From Anthoceros angustus (lineage: Eukaryota; Plantae; Anthocerotophyta): a stretch of 64,000 bases of DNA. Positions 52,345-63,228 of the stretch are shown here, piece by piece (the first letter of the stretch is position 1; each line of letters begins with the position of its first letter). Made by a program: the position numbers and the translations under genes. The stretch spans positions 62,001-126,000 of the forward strand of contig MU008167.1 of the NCBI GenBank assembly GCA_010909165.1. Reading direction: 5' to 3'. The notes below the pieces were generated by a model that was not told the DNA's origin, made no database searches, and worked only from the letters and a program-made list of their open reading frames with translations.

Positions 52345-54153
52345 CTCTAAGGTGGGATGAAATAATCGAACAGATCCGGATCATCAAAACACCCGTTGCC
52401 TCCCTAATATTCCTTCTCCACATAGGTTTGCACATCATTACGCCATTTTGGAGGTGCTGCACACACTCCACGACCTGCACAACTTGACTACGTGAGGCCC
52501 TGCTCAATGTTTGCTCGATGTGTGTTCACAAAATCATTGCGAGCATCGTAGTTTCTTCAACTCTTGTGTCAACCCAACTGCACACTTGAGAGTTAGTACC
52601 TGTTATGAGAAGCCTATCCACTTGTAGTTATGCTCCAACATTGCTTTCAATACATAGAAATGGATTTTTCACTCTAAGCAAATGTGACATGATACACATG
52701 CACAAAGTTCCAAATTCGAGACTAGTACCCACAACTCGCTCCTTCTTTCACATGTAACCGTCGTTACATTGCTCCAAAAATAACAAAAATGGTATCATTT
52801 TGTTCTTCTTGTTGAGCGCTAATAGATGGATATATCAAAACAATTACAATTGGTTGAGCATTTGGTGAGAAATTGCCCGCTTTCTGATTGCGAATTCCTC
52901 AAGGCCCATGTTCCGTCGTTTTAGTGACTCAAAAACTACATGTTTGGCACCATTATGTTCCTCTTGTTGAGTTCTATCGATGATACCAAGGCAGTTACAA
53001 TTGGCCAAGTATTTTGCGAAAAACTCAGCCTCACTTTTTCGTCACCGCTAACCTCACATGGGCATTGGTTAGCTGGAGTTTGCTGGAGGAATGAAGAGTC
53101 TGCAGGAATCCTTCTTCAAACCAGCACCCTCTCATCTTTGGGCACCTCTAGATGCATAAGACGATTCTGTCATCACGTTTGTGAAAACATCAGCCCTCAA
53201 AGTGTCTTTGTTGACCGTATGAGCATCTCTGGTGTGTAGAATGGGGTTTCTGGCGCTCGTCTTGAGGACATGCTCGTCAATTGCATCTCCATCAACCACC
53301 TGCACCTTTGCACCACATGAGCGTTACGTCCTCACAGATTGCCCAAAAGTCTACATTTTTTGCTCACTGTGCACACATGTGTCTTCATCAACCACTTGAG
53401 TGCCTGTATATGAGTCTTCACCAGTTGCCTGAGCGCCGTTGCATATGTCTTCACCAGCCGCCTGAGCGCCGTTGCATGTGTGTTCACCTGTTGCCAAACT
53501 GTTTTGTATTCTTGTGCACCTCCTGTTTGTTTCCGTGGGCACAAGAACCCTCTTCCACAACATTGTCAGCATGTAAAGACATCACGTCTGTATCAATGTC
53601 TTCCTTCACGCTGGAGTAAGAGCTGACCAATTTGCTTGCTACCAAATCCTTGCCTTCATCTCCGGATAAGCGCCCGATTAGGTTTTTCTCATTCTTCCTT
53701 GGCTCGCTGCAATTTCCTCACTTTCAACGCAGAAAGCAGTTTACTTGTTATCGTCCTCCTCGACATCGTGTACCCTTCACTAGTACCCTTCCACCGCCCT
53801 TTGTCTCCCAACATTGTTGTGTTTGCATCGATTCCGGCCTTGCCTTGCCTTGCCTTTCTTCCACCTATGCTTCAACCCTAATTTTTCCTCCAACCAGTGA
53901 CGTTGGAAGGCGTGCATGAGAGGCCCATTTGATTCGACCTCTCCTTTTTGTGATGAAGTGGGACTGCTCCTGGGAGGTGGGCCTGTTCCTCCACTTTCTT
54001 CCCCTTTTTGTCCGTAGGCCTCTTCTCTTCCTTGTTTACCTTCTCTTGAAGTTGCGCAATTTGGGGTCTCACTCAATTAGCGTTGCTCTTCAATTCATGA
54101 ACTAATCTACATTATTGAATACGGACATGATCAATTCCTTCTTGGATATCCAT
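52345..54153 (-). pseudogene. Long decayed ORF directly downstream of TK: charged low-complexity N-terminal part and a possible N4C/N6A DNA-methyltransferase-like C-terminal part (representative copy; others at ~8720-10480, 17740-19555, 29440-31258, 42120-43840)
   Basis: Stitching frames by hand across copies gives NMGLEEFC..QPIVIVLIYP..AM*RRLHVKEGAELWVLVS..VVECVLASTSKNGE*CANLCGEGILG/EATECL. The order resembles beta-class MTase motifs III-IV-VI..X-I. Several stops are shared by the copies I read. The family assignment is by eye only. Confidence 0.35.
53381..53480 (-). repeat. 33 bp tandem repeat (3 copies) encoding an 11-aa repeat within the decayed ORF
   Basis: Minus strand reads TCNGAQAAGED-ICNGAQATGED-SYTGTQVVDED; also clear at ~30485-30590. 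Confidence 0.8.
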
Positions 54154-54156
54154 TGC

Positions 54157-54521
54157 TCATTCCTCCAAATAAGCATGCTTTCGACATAATGGCATGTAAA
54201 TATCTTCATCCCCAACAACGATTTGAGGTAATAATTTTCCAATTCTATGTGTGAATGGTGCAGCAACCTTGCCACATAATTTACATTTGGCTAGCAATGT
54301 TTCTATTCTATCAACTAATGGAATCAATTGTAATAACTTTTCAAATAGTTTTTGACAGCTGTCCCCGTCCAATCCTGCCACCATTTGTTTTCTTTCCTTT
54401 ATCTGTCGCACTTAACTACGGTTGCTAGTCTACCTGCTTCTTGTTCTAATTGTATGCTTCTTAACAAGTAACTTGTTTTGCCACTAAACATAGGTACCAT
54501 AATAATGAAAAATTTCTCCAT
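54157..54521 (-). pseudogene. Thymidine kinase remnant, last copy
   Basis: Two overlapping ORFs give MEKFFIIMVPMFSGKTSYLLRSIQLEQEAGRLATVVK and MVAGLDGD..KLF.KLLQLIPLVD..CKLCGKVAAPFTHR..YMPLCRKH. VAGLDGD is a typical TK1 motif. Confidence 0.92.
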
Positions 54522-57500
54522 TTTATCATCGTCACTTATGGGATTATATTCAGAAACAAAACAAGTATTCTTTTGAAAGTAAGAAGGTCTCAAGCTGATC
54601 AAGCTAGAGTAAGAAATTCTAAACTAATCCAACTAGAACAAGAAACTCTAAAGTGATCGTGCTACATTATGAGTTGTTTTCTAATGGATTTTGTCTAATC
54701 AACTAAATAAACAATCACAAATGATCAAAACAAAGAATGCATGATTCAATTGATAAGTCAAAGCTTAAGATTTTGCATTATGAATTACAAATCATGAAAA
54801 ATTGTGCATGCGAAATGGCCGTGAACACAATAATCACGCGAGAAGTTTCAAAAGAATGCTTATTTTACGGTGAAAACTGTTTATATAAATTTCTATTAAT
54901 TTTTACTAACGGTACAGCCAACAGTCAAAGCTCTATGTGAAACTTATTAAGATTATGGTCTTCAGTAACCGCTTTCCAGTTAATTGCAATTTCTTTGAGT
55001 CCTTCACATTCCAATCAATTATAATTAACTTGTTCCATTGGGCTCTCTTCGCATTGGTTTCTTCCAGTTTTGTAACTCACTCTGCAAATTATTACCTACT
55101 CAAAATGCTTGAATTAGTATCTAATAGGCCTCTGGAGCAGGCCTCATAGACTCACATTAATTAATCCAACATTGCAAATCGATGACCTCTTGAGTCATGA
55201 CATTGTGCCTCTTGCTTCCTCTATTTCTTGTGAGCTAACACTAACAAGGATGGCGTGAAGGTAATCGCGAAAGAGTAAAACTTGGACTAAGTCAACATGT
55301 AGATCGTCGAAAATCAACACATAAAACAAAGAATTTGAAAACTCAAAACTTGAAATCAAAAATCAAAAGTTGAGCCACAAAACAAATAAGGAAAATCAAC
55401 AGCTCAAAACAAAGATCGAAATCCCAAAATGAATATAAACAAATAAGGTGCGGATGTACAATGTCATTTACGATTGCACAACATTGTTTTGTTACAATGT
55501 ACAATGCCATTTACAATACACAACACCACTTGTAAAATTTTCAGTTACGAATGCACGTCACAATGAAAACGAAAATAGATCTTAAACATGTAGTTCGACC
55601 ATATCTAAACATCTTTTATATATACACACATAGGTATATAGAATTTGTATCTTGCATTTCATTCAAAAGAAGCCCGTGGCCGTGCCGGACCAATGGGCGG
55701 CCTCGTAGGGCTCTTACAACACGCGGCCTCGTAGGGCTCTTACAACACGCGGCCCCGTAGGGCCATGAATGAGAGGATGGGTGGCACCCCATCTTATCAC
55801 CGACATTCTTGATTGGCGACAATGGAGTTCCAATGAGCTCACGTGTTTGGATGTCGCTCCTTCAAGGGAGGACTACAAAACAAATATTATTTCACCTTTT
55901 GGCTTTTGATTCAACGTTTGAATGTGTCGTTTTGTTTCAACCTTTTGTGAAACGAGACGCCGTTGTTTGCTTGATGCATTTTGCAACTTTTAGCTTAGCT
56001 TTAGCCTCCTTGAAATGGTTGGTAGCACTTTCTCTTCTTAAAAGCACCTTGACTACTTCTTGGAGCCAATAATTTTTAGTTGGAGCTTTTCTTAAAAGCG
56101 ATTGAGGTTGAATTATTATGCTTAAGAGCAACTTGAATCTTGTTATCAAGTTGAGCAACAATGCTGGTCATAACTTCCATGTATAATTTGCGATGGAAAT
56201 CAATATTCAAAACTTGAGTGTGGAGCACTTGAATCTTGCACCAAGTTATCCCACTCATAGTTTGATTGTTCAATGATATTGCTTAATATGCTTTTGTGAA
56301 CCGCAACGGTCCTTATGTTTAGAGGAAGTAGATAGTTTCTCTTGTCTCTTGAGATCTTTAAATTTATCTCTAGAGATATCTACTATTGCTGGTATAAAAT
56401 ACACTTCTTGGGTCCGAAAGTATTTTTTCGTCGCCATTCAAGTAATGCTTGCTTTATTTTTATAATACTTGAGCATGTATTACAACAAGGTGCTTAGACA
56501 CTTCCGCTTCCTTGAAAACTTGTTCAGTTGCGCATTGCATCTCATCAATGTGATGCGATATTAAACAGTGAATGCGGCTGCTCGCATATGTTGACATTTT
56601 TTCCAACATTTTGGCGTGCATAACTCCCTCGGTGTGAGTTGAGTTTAAAAGGCTAGCGCGAGATCGCTTGTTAATTAATGATAAAAGGATTTGTTAACAC
56701 ACCAATGTTTTAAAACATAAATAAACAAAGATGTGTTATCAAGGAGAAAAAGAACAAAACCACGAGCAAATAAAACAAACCACACCTACCTCAGGGCTAG
56801 CAGCTCACTTCCTTGTGCTCACTTCCCAGTGCTCAGCTCTATAAATACTACATGTACTTGCTATTTCTAGCGTTTAGGGTTTCACCCTCATCTCCTCCTT
56901 ACAATAAAGAATATCCCATCCCTTGTTATTTCTAGCTAAGCATTCTTACTGTTTATAGCTAAATATAATATATTAAATCACATTTACTCATTTTTCATGA
57001 TGGGCTCTCCCCATCATCTCTCCCCCCTCAATAGAACTTCATTTTTTATTTCTTATTATTTGCAACCAGATATCATTTACCATGTTTTTCTTGTTTTCTC
57101 AGCCATGACTACTTTTATGAATGCGGGTTTTAAACAAGGGGATGCGAGAATGGGCCCTCCATCGGGGGGTCATCCTGACTTTACTTTTTGCTCACGATGA
57201 CTCGTAGAGATCATGAGTCTTCTCACAACCATACAAAAACCACTTCTTCTAAGGGAGAGAAGCCTACCAGTAGTTTCTCTGACCAACTACTAAAAAACTA
57301 TCAAGACTTCTCTGTCCGAGTGGCGCAGTCAAAGATCATTGAAGGTGGCATAAGAGCGCGAAAGCTGGTATAATCAAACACCATTGAAGATGACATAAGA
57401 CCACTGAAGGTGAGTGTCCCAAGGATGATGTGTATTTTGATGGTTTGATGAGGAGTTTTGATGGCTTTGGTTCTTGTAAGCAATCAGATTGTGCACTTCA

Positions 57501-57552
57501 GACGACACGAATCAGTTCTAAGGTGATAAGGAGTACCTGCAAACGGTTTATT

Positions 57553-60096
57553 TCATCTCGTGACACACAGCATTTCATTAGCAGTGCTTTGAGGCAAGGG
57601 ATACATAGAAACAGAGCCCTCCGTCTGATGAGTGATAGGGAGCTTGCTGAGATGTGTCTTGGAAGCTCTGCGTGTCCAGAGAGAGCACGCAGCAAGTGGG
57701 TCACTCCTTTTGCCAGCCAGCTTGCTGCAGAACGCAGACATTCGGAGTCAGGAGTAAGACATGACGGCGGGTATTGCAAATTGGGCAGAGAAGATTTCAG
57801 TAGTTGTGAAGAGCTGCCAGATAGGAGGGTAAGGAGCCTACTTGCGAGCTTTTTCTGCAGCCTTCCTAGCGTGGTCAAGGATGTCTCTGGGTGGAACTTT
57901 AGCTACAGTGTGTGCACGTTGTTCACGCATGGGAGAATGGATGGTGATCAGCTGTGCCATAGTTGCGGCAGGTCAGAATGAGTGTGAGAGGGAGAAAAGG
58001 AGAATGGTAGAATGGGTCTAAGCTTTACCCCAAGACACTCTATCATCTGGTAGTATGCTCTCCCTTGGAGTGGTGCATGCCCACCCCTTGACTCTGAAAA
58101 GTATCTTGTCCTGTCACAAGCAAGTCAGATCTCACCTGCAACAGGGACTGAGGACAATGAATGACAGCATGAAAGGTAAGGTTGGTACCACTCCATGTAT
58201 CCAGGGTCCACGGTGAACCCGTAGATGTCCACAGTTTCACAAACAGACAATGCAAACTCGAGAGCCTTGAGGCCCGTGCCCTTTGCTGCAGCACTCATGT
58301 GCATGGCCAGTAGCAGATAGACCGGGTTGGTGATGGGAACTTCCTGCAGACATAACCGAGAATTAAGCACATTCTGAAGCACCTTGTGTTAGAAACCACA
58401 AAGTTTGACCAGGCTGAGGAGGCTATAGAGTGCCTTACCCGGATCATTTTGCTCATAACATCATGGATAGTAGTCTTCACTATGAGAATCTCCTGCCCAG
58501 TAGCTGGAGAGAGAGCAACCAGCGTCAGGCTTACTCTCAAGTGATTTGTCTATGAAGAAGTTCGGTGCTGAACTCACCATCTAAGGCAGCAACTTTGTCT
58601 AAAGCCTTGGCCGATCCACGATTCAAGATCCGAAATGTGCTCTTTCGGCCTACATGTTGAAAGAAGCCCTGAATCAGAACACTCATGAAGTCAAGTTGCT
58701 GACATGTGTGGAACTACATTGATCTCGGACCAGGTTCTCCTGCTAGAAGCACATTGTTTTGTACGCCAACCTGTGTGGGAGCCCCATTTCCTCGAATCAC
58801 TGTGTCATATGTGTCGATTTCTTCCCCAAACTGTGTCTTGAGGAGGTCACCAGAATTGCCCACAACTGCACAGCGTCCATACTGACGTGGGTGGAAAGGA
58901 GACACATCCGGCAAGACCAGTGCGAGCTTCTCCATGCATAAGGACACATTTCTGCAATTGTTCCTGCACAGTAAACAAGACCATGAATTTCTCACCGCAT
59001 CAGCAAAGAAGCAATGGAGACCATCCTGACGACAAGCCGGACCCATTGCCCTGAAGCTCCAGTAAACCACACGGCTTCACTGCTTCACCTGAGTGTGGTA
59101 CCTCCCGGACCTAGCAACGAGCCCCACATTGAGCTTCCGCCCTAAGCATATAGCTCCCGCAGAAACCATGGCAATTGCAAACGTCGTGTATATGCATCAC
59201 AGTCTGGAGCTTTGACGATTAAGGACGACAGAGCAAAGGAGAGAAGCGGCCCATACAGTTGGTCCCCCTTATTGATTCGTTGCCAGGCGTACTCGTGCCA
59301 ACCATCTGGAATGCCCTCTATGTACTCTCTGGTCAAGATGGTACTGGTATTACGAATCTGCAAAACAAGCCTGCAATCAAAACTTGACAATGTGCCCATG
59401 GTAGTGGATGGTCAGCAGTAGCAACACTTTCTCAGGGGATTCTCAGAGACAGTCTTACCTGTTCCCAAACACTCAACACTTCACAGAGATCGAAGTCATA
59501 TGCCAGGCCTTCCAGATGCCCTGTCTTCGTGTCGTTCTACGGACATCATCGAATAATCACCATCAACAAGATCACCCATGACAGAAATGCTGGCCACGAG
59601 ACAACATCAGAGAAAACCTCATCTCCATCCCTACTTCACAAAGAGGCCAGGATCATACCCACATAGGCTTGGTCCCTGGTGGATATGCAAAGCGGACTCG
59701 GCATCCGTCAAGTCGAATAGCTTCCAATCCCCATCCATTGGCAGCCTGCACATGGCCACCAAGCACATGCTTACCCCTCGACATGAAAACAAAAGCTTGG
59801 CCACGCATACTGGATTCAGCGGCATACACTATGAGCTCAGTTTAACTCACAACACATTGCCCAAATGCCTTCTGCAGCACTTGCAAAGCCTTGGAGTCTG
59901 CTGGAGAAAGAGGGTCCCCTGCCCACAACAGTTCCACATCCACGACCATGAGATAAGCAAAACTTGCTGCCATGACTGTGCCAGTGACAAAGCCCTTGAG
60001 CTCACCCAAGTACTCGCTGAGAACCTTCATATAGAGGCCTGTGAGCACAAGGCCTAGGCTCACAGCCACAGCCAGAGCTGTGCGTAGCGGCTTCAT
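57553..60096 (-). CDS. Sialyltransferase-like protein, glycosyltransferase family 29 (plant SIA2-like), 12 exons, ~430 aa
   Basis: Exons 60096-60006, 59918-59851, 59745-59659, 59536-59459, 59357-59257, 58963-58771, 58668-58578, 58503-58439, 58343-58189, 58110-58029, 57951-57842, 57724-57553. All introns are GT-AG and the frame is continuous (1293 nt). N-terminal signal anchor; L-motif [28 protein letters not shown]; S-motif [23 protein letters not shown]; [22 protein letters not shown]. Confidence 0.95.
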
Positions 60097-60186
60097 CCAA
60101 GAAGCCTCAGAAATCGAAGGTGCTGTCGTTTAGGGTGCACCATTTCGTGAAACCGTGTTGGGTTCGGATCTGCGCCGGAGCCGGGC
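60097..60186. promoter_or_regulatory. Putative bidirectional promoter or overlapping 5' UTRs
   Basis: Only 90 bp separate the divergent start codons; a telomere-like TTTAGGG lies at ~60129. Confidence 0.55.
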
Positions 60187-61044
60187 ATGGCGATCGCCAG
60201 GACGGGGGTGTTTGTGGACGACTATCTGGAGTACTCGAGCTCGCTGCCTGCGGATCTGCAGCGGGTGCTGTCTACCATGCGGGAGCTGGATGAGCGCTCT
60301 CACGGCATGATGGCCCAACTCAAGGAGCAGACCCGGCAGTGCCTCACCTTGCCGCCTCAGCATTCCAAGAAGGTGAGCCCGGAGCAGGAGGAAACCGTGG
60401 AGAAGCTGAGGAAAGAAATCGAGACGAACCAGGACACCATTCTGAGCCTCAGCACCGAGAAGGTGCTGCTGGCTCAGCAGGCGCACGACCTCATCGACAG
60501 CCACGTGAAGCGGATGGACGAGGATCTCACCCAATTCGCGGACGACCTGAAGCAGGATGGCAAGATCGCTCCCGACGAGCCTGCCATTCTCTCGCCAGTC
60601 GTGAGCAGAGATGAGAAGAGGAAAGGAGGCCACTTCTACTCGCCTCTGGCGAAGAGGGCGGATTCCAGGCCTGACGGCCGGGAGCGAGAGCGGGAGAGGG
60701 AGAAGGACAGGGAGAGGGAGAGGGAGAGGGAAAGGGAAAGAGAGCGGGAGAGGGAGAAGGATTTCGAGCTGATGCCCCCGCCAGGCAGCTTCAGGAAGAA
60801 GATGGCACCTGGCCCCACGGACATCGACCAGCCCATCGACCCTGATGAGCCCACCTACTGCATCTGTGGGCAGGTTTCCTTCGGAGACATGATCGCATGT
60901 GACAACGAGAATTGCGAGGGCGGGGAGTGGTTCCACTACCAGTGTGTTGGCATCAGCTCGGAGCCCCGGGTGAAGGGGAAATGGTACTGCCCATCATGCA
61001 AAGTGCTGCAGCGCCGAGGTCTGCTGGATCCTCTCATGCAGTGA
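60187..61044 (+). CDS. ING2: PHD finger protein ING2 (inhibitor of growth family), single coding exon, 285 aa
   Basis: Plant ING2 N-terminus [16 protein letters not shown]; ING coiled-coil domain ([24 protein letters not shown]); [10 protein letters not shown]; C4HC3 PHD finger [42 protein letters not shown]. Confidence 0.97.
   Translation: MAIARTGVFVDDYLEYSSSLPADLQRVLSTMRELDERSHGMMAQLKEQTRQCLTLPPQHSKKVSPEQEETVEKLRKEIETNQDTILSLSTEKVLLAQQAHDLIDSHVKRMDEDLTQFADDLKQDGKIAPDEPAILSPVVSRDEKRKGGHFYSPLAKRADSRPDGREREREREKDREREREREREREREREKDFELMPPPGSFRKKMAPGPTDIDQPIDPDEPTYCICGQVSFGDMIACDNENCEGGEWFHYQCVGISSEPRVKGKWYCPSCKVLQRRGLLDPLMQ
60679..60762 (+). repeat. Coding (GAGAGG)n-like microsatellite encoding an Arg-Glu tract in ING2
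   Basis: Translates as [28 protein letters not shown]. Confidence 0.9.
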
Positions 61045-62001
61045 CCTAGCTCTTGGCAGCCACCTGGTTTGAGCTGCTCCAGGCACAAACCGAGAGAGTT
61101 TATGTGAAGCAACATGGGGTGCATGAGCTACGTTTCTTGTTCTATCTGATGCTGCAAGATGCTCACGTCAGAGCTTTTGTCTCCAGGATCTGGCATCAGT
61201 GCTTCTCTTCAGGTCCTGCAGGGTATGAAAATTTGGACATGGTGTCTTGTCTGCGCTCTTTAACATGCCTGTGTAGCATGTGCAGCCAGCTTGCTCACCT
61301 TGCACTTCTTTGGTCAACTGAATGCAGGCTTGAACAGACCATCGCTGCGAGCTATGTTGGAACACTGAAAAGCTACCGGTCCGGGGTACGTGTGTGAGAA
61401 CGTTTTGGGCACATGTTGATGGTTATTTTTCTGCAGCCCAGCAGGTATGGAGAGCTTTGATGTATACCTCTGGAGGTCAAGGTCAGAAATTTCGTGACCT
61501 TCCTGCCTATGATTGAAACACACGTTTTCATTCTTTCAGATGTTGGTCTCATCAACATTAGAACTGGACTTGGCCTTTCCTCATCCAACGGTCAAACTGA
61601 CAAGCCTTATCCTCTTGCAAAGCAGCGACAGATCTCAGTTATCTCTGCAGCATTGACAGGGACTTCATGAGGTAAGCGCCGGTTTCCATGAGCCCCATTT
61701 AAGGAAACGACATGCGGTGAGGCTGAGACAAATCACATACTGTTCTTTAAGAGGCGTTTTCTGATCAGGAAGATAACAGGATCCAGATCCATCAAGGCCA
61801 TCCGAGACGGACTCCCGCATATTAGGACGAAAACTTTATTTTCCCTGATCAGCAGGAGGGCACTTCCTGGTTATGATCAGCGGTAATATTCTAGTCGACC
61901 GAGATAATAACCGCGACTGCATGATACAAATGAAAGGTTACAAATGCTGTATGAGGAAGGGAAATTTTACTCAAAGTGATTGAGAAAGGGACTTTGGTAC
62001 G

Positions 62002-62137
62002 AGGCCACTTCCTCCACAGGTAGTCCATCTAGGCCACTTGCTCCACAGTTAGTCTATCGAGGCCACTGGCTCCACAGTTAGTCTAGACTATCTAGGCCAC
62101 TTGCTCCACAGTTAGTCTGTCTAGGCCGCTTGCTCCG
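62002..62137. repeat. ~29 bp minisatellite, ~4.5 copies
   Basis: aggccacttgctccacagttagtctatct-like unit repeated. Confidence 0.9.
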
Positions 62138-62189
62138 CGGCGTGTATTGGCTTCACGCCGTGATGAAGCATCCTGAGCTTGGATCGGTA

Positions 62190-62356
62190 CTTAGATGGGG
62201 TGCCTAAAGGGACTGTATGCCCTTGGTGCAAGTAGCTTAGGCACACCATGGTACAAGTCGTTAAGTACCAAGTCCCATGATGGACTTAAATAAAATTCTT
62301 CTTCTCCTTCTGCACCAACTGGTATGGTGGTATCCCGTCTAGGCACCCCATCTGGG
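62190..62356. mobile_element. MITE-like element (167 bp) with terminal inverted repeats and TA flanks
   Basis: Left end CTTAGATGGGGTGCCTAAAGGGA versus reverse complement of the right end CCCAGATGGGGTGCCTAGACGGGA (14 bp identical core). TA at 62188-62189 and 62357-62358. Confidence 0.6.
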
Positions 62357-62662
62357 TACTCGAGAAAACAGTTTAACTATGATACACACGTCCCAACACC
62401 TGAGCTTTTGTTTCTTTGTTGCTTCGAACTAACATAATTTGCCCAGTCTTAACCCCTACTGCAGGCATAGAATAATGAGACTCAGCCCGTTTCTGTTCAC
62501 ATTTGCTCTGGTGAATTGTTGCTGACATACGCTAGTCAATCCAAAATGCTTGCTATCCCAACACACTGTCTTGGCTGCCCATTTGTATGAGTGAGAGCTA
62601 ACATCACAAACAGTCTGTTGTTTACTCTTATACCTATATGTGAGAAAGAGCGAAGTGAAGGA

Positions 62663-62781
62663 GCACTTATCTCCTCTTAATATACCTCTATTCAACAACT
62701 CCCATTAAAGGCTTCAATTTTCTTGCACTTATCTCCTTTTAACATAACTCTATTCAACAACTTTCATTCAAGGCTTCAATT
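62663..62781. repeat. ~60 bp tandem duplication
   Basis: gcacttatctcct..ctctattcaacaact..aaggcttcaattt occurs twice. Confidence 0.85.
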
Positions 62782-62970
62782 TGCCTCGATAGTCAAAATT
62801 GTCTGTCATGTTAACACACAATTCATGTGCACGTGAAGTTGCCTACATATTTAAGAATCCAGTGTGGCAAGCAATTAGTCAAACTACATCCATTGCTATG
62901 CCAATGCACAACTGATGATGAATTGCCTTCACATAATCTAGCGTTGTAAGCATTAGTGGAATCAAGCGTA

Positions 62971-63228
62971 ACAAGCACTAGCCATGTGAGAATCCATGGA
63001 CCATAATTGCATCATGGTCCATGTTATAGCGTGGCAAACACTAGTCATGTTAGAATGGATCCATGGACCATAATTGCGTCATGGTCCATGTTATACCGTG
63101 ACAAGCACTAGTCATGTGAGAATGGATCCATGGACCATAATTGCGTAATGGTCCGTGTTATACTGTGGCAAGCACTAGTCATGTGAGAATGGATCCATGG
63201 ACCATAATTGCGTCATGAGCCATGTTAC
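62971..63228. repeat. ~64 bp tandem repeat (4 copies) with an internal palindrome
   Basis: Unit caagcactagtcatgtgagaatggatccatggaccataattgcgtcatggtccatgttata; catggaccat and atggtccatg form an inverted pair. Confidence 0.92.

Larger units (their letters stand above)
1..57412. repeat. Head-to-tail macrosatellite of a ~7.2 kb monomer with internal partial duplications; continues past the left window edge
   Basis: The landmark tcaaaaactacatgtttg recurs at ~1, 9293, 18343, 30028, 42711 and 52929. One uninterrupted period (TK site at ~47130 to the same site at ~54370) is ~7.24 kb. All copies have the same orientation and their AT-rich parts are nearly identical. Confidence 0.97.

Noticed and set aside
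1-57412. rDNA or 5S tandem array
   Set aside because: The unit size is similar, but I found no recognisable rRNA sequence.
57430-57981. 183-aa plus-strand ORF (and the 159-aa ORF at 59578-60057)
   Set aside because: Both are antisense to GT29 exons and introns and show no recognisable motifs.
60130-60936. 268-aa minus-strand ORF
   Set aside because: Antisense shadow of the GC-rich ING2 coding sequence.
61187-61670. Small AG/GT-bounded exon-like pieces downstream of ING2
   Set aside because: Joining them gives in-frame stops and no recognisable protein; they may be UTR or chance.
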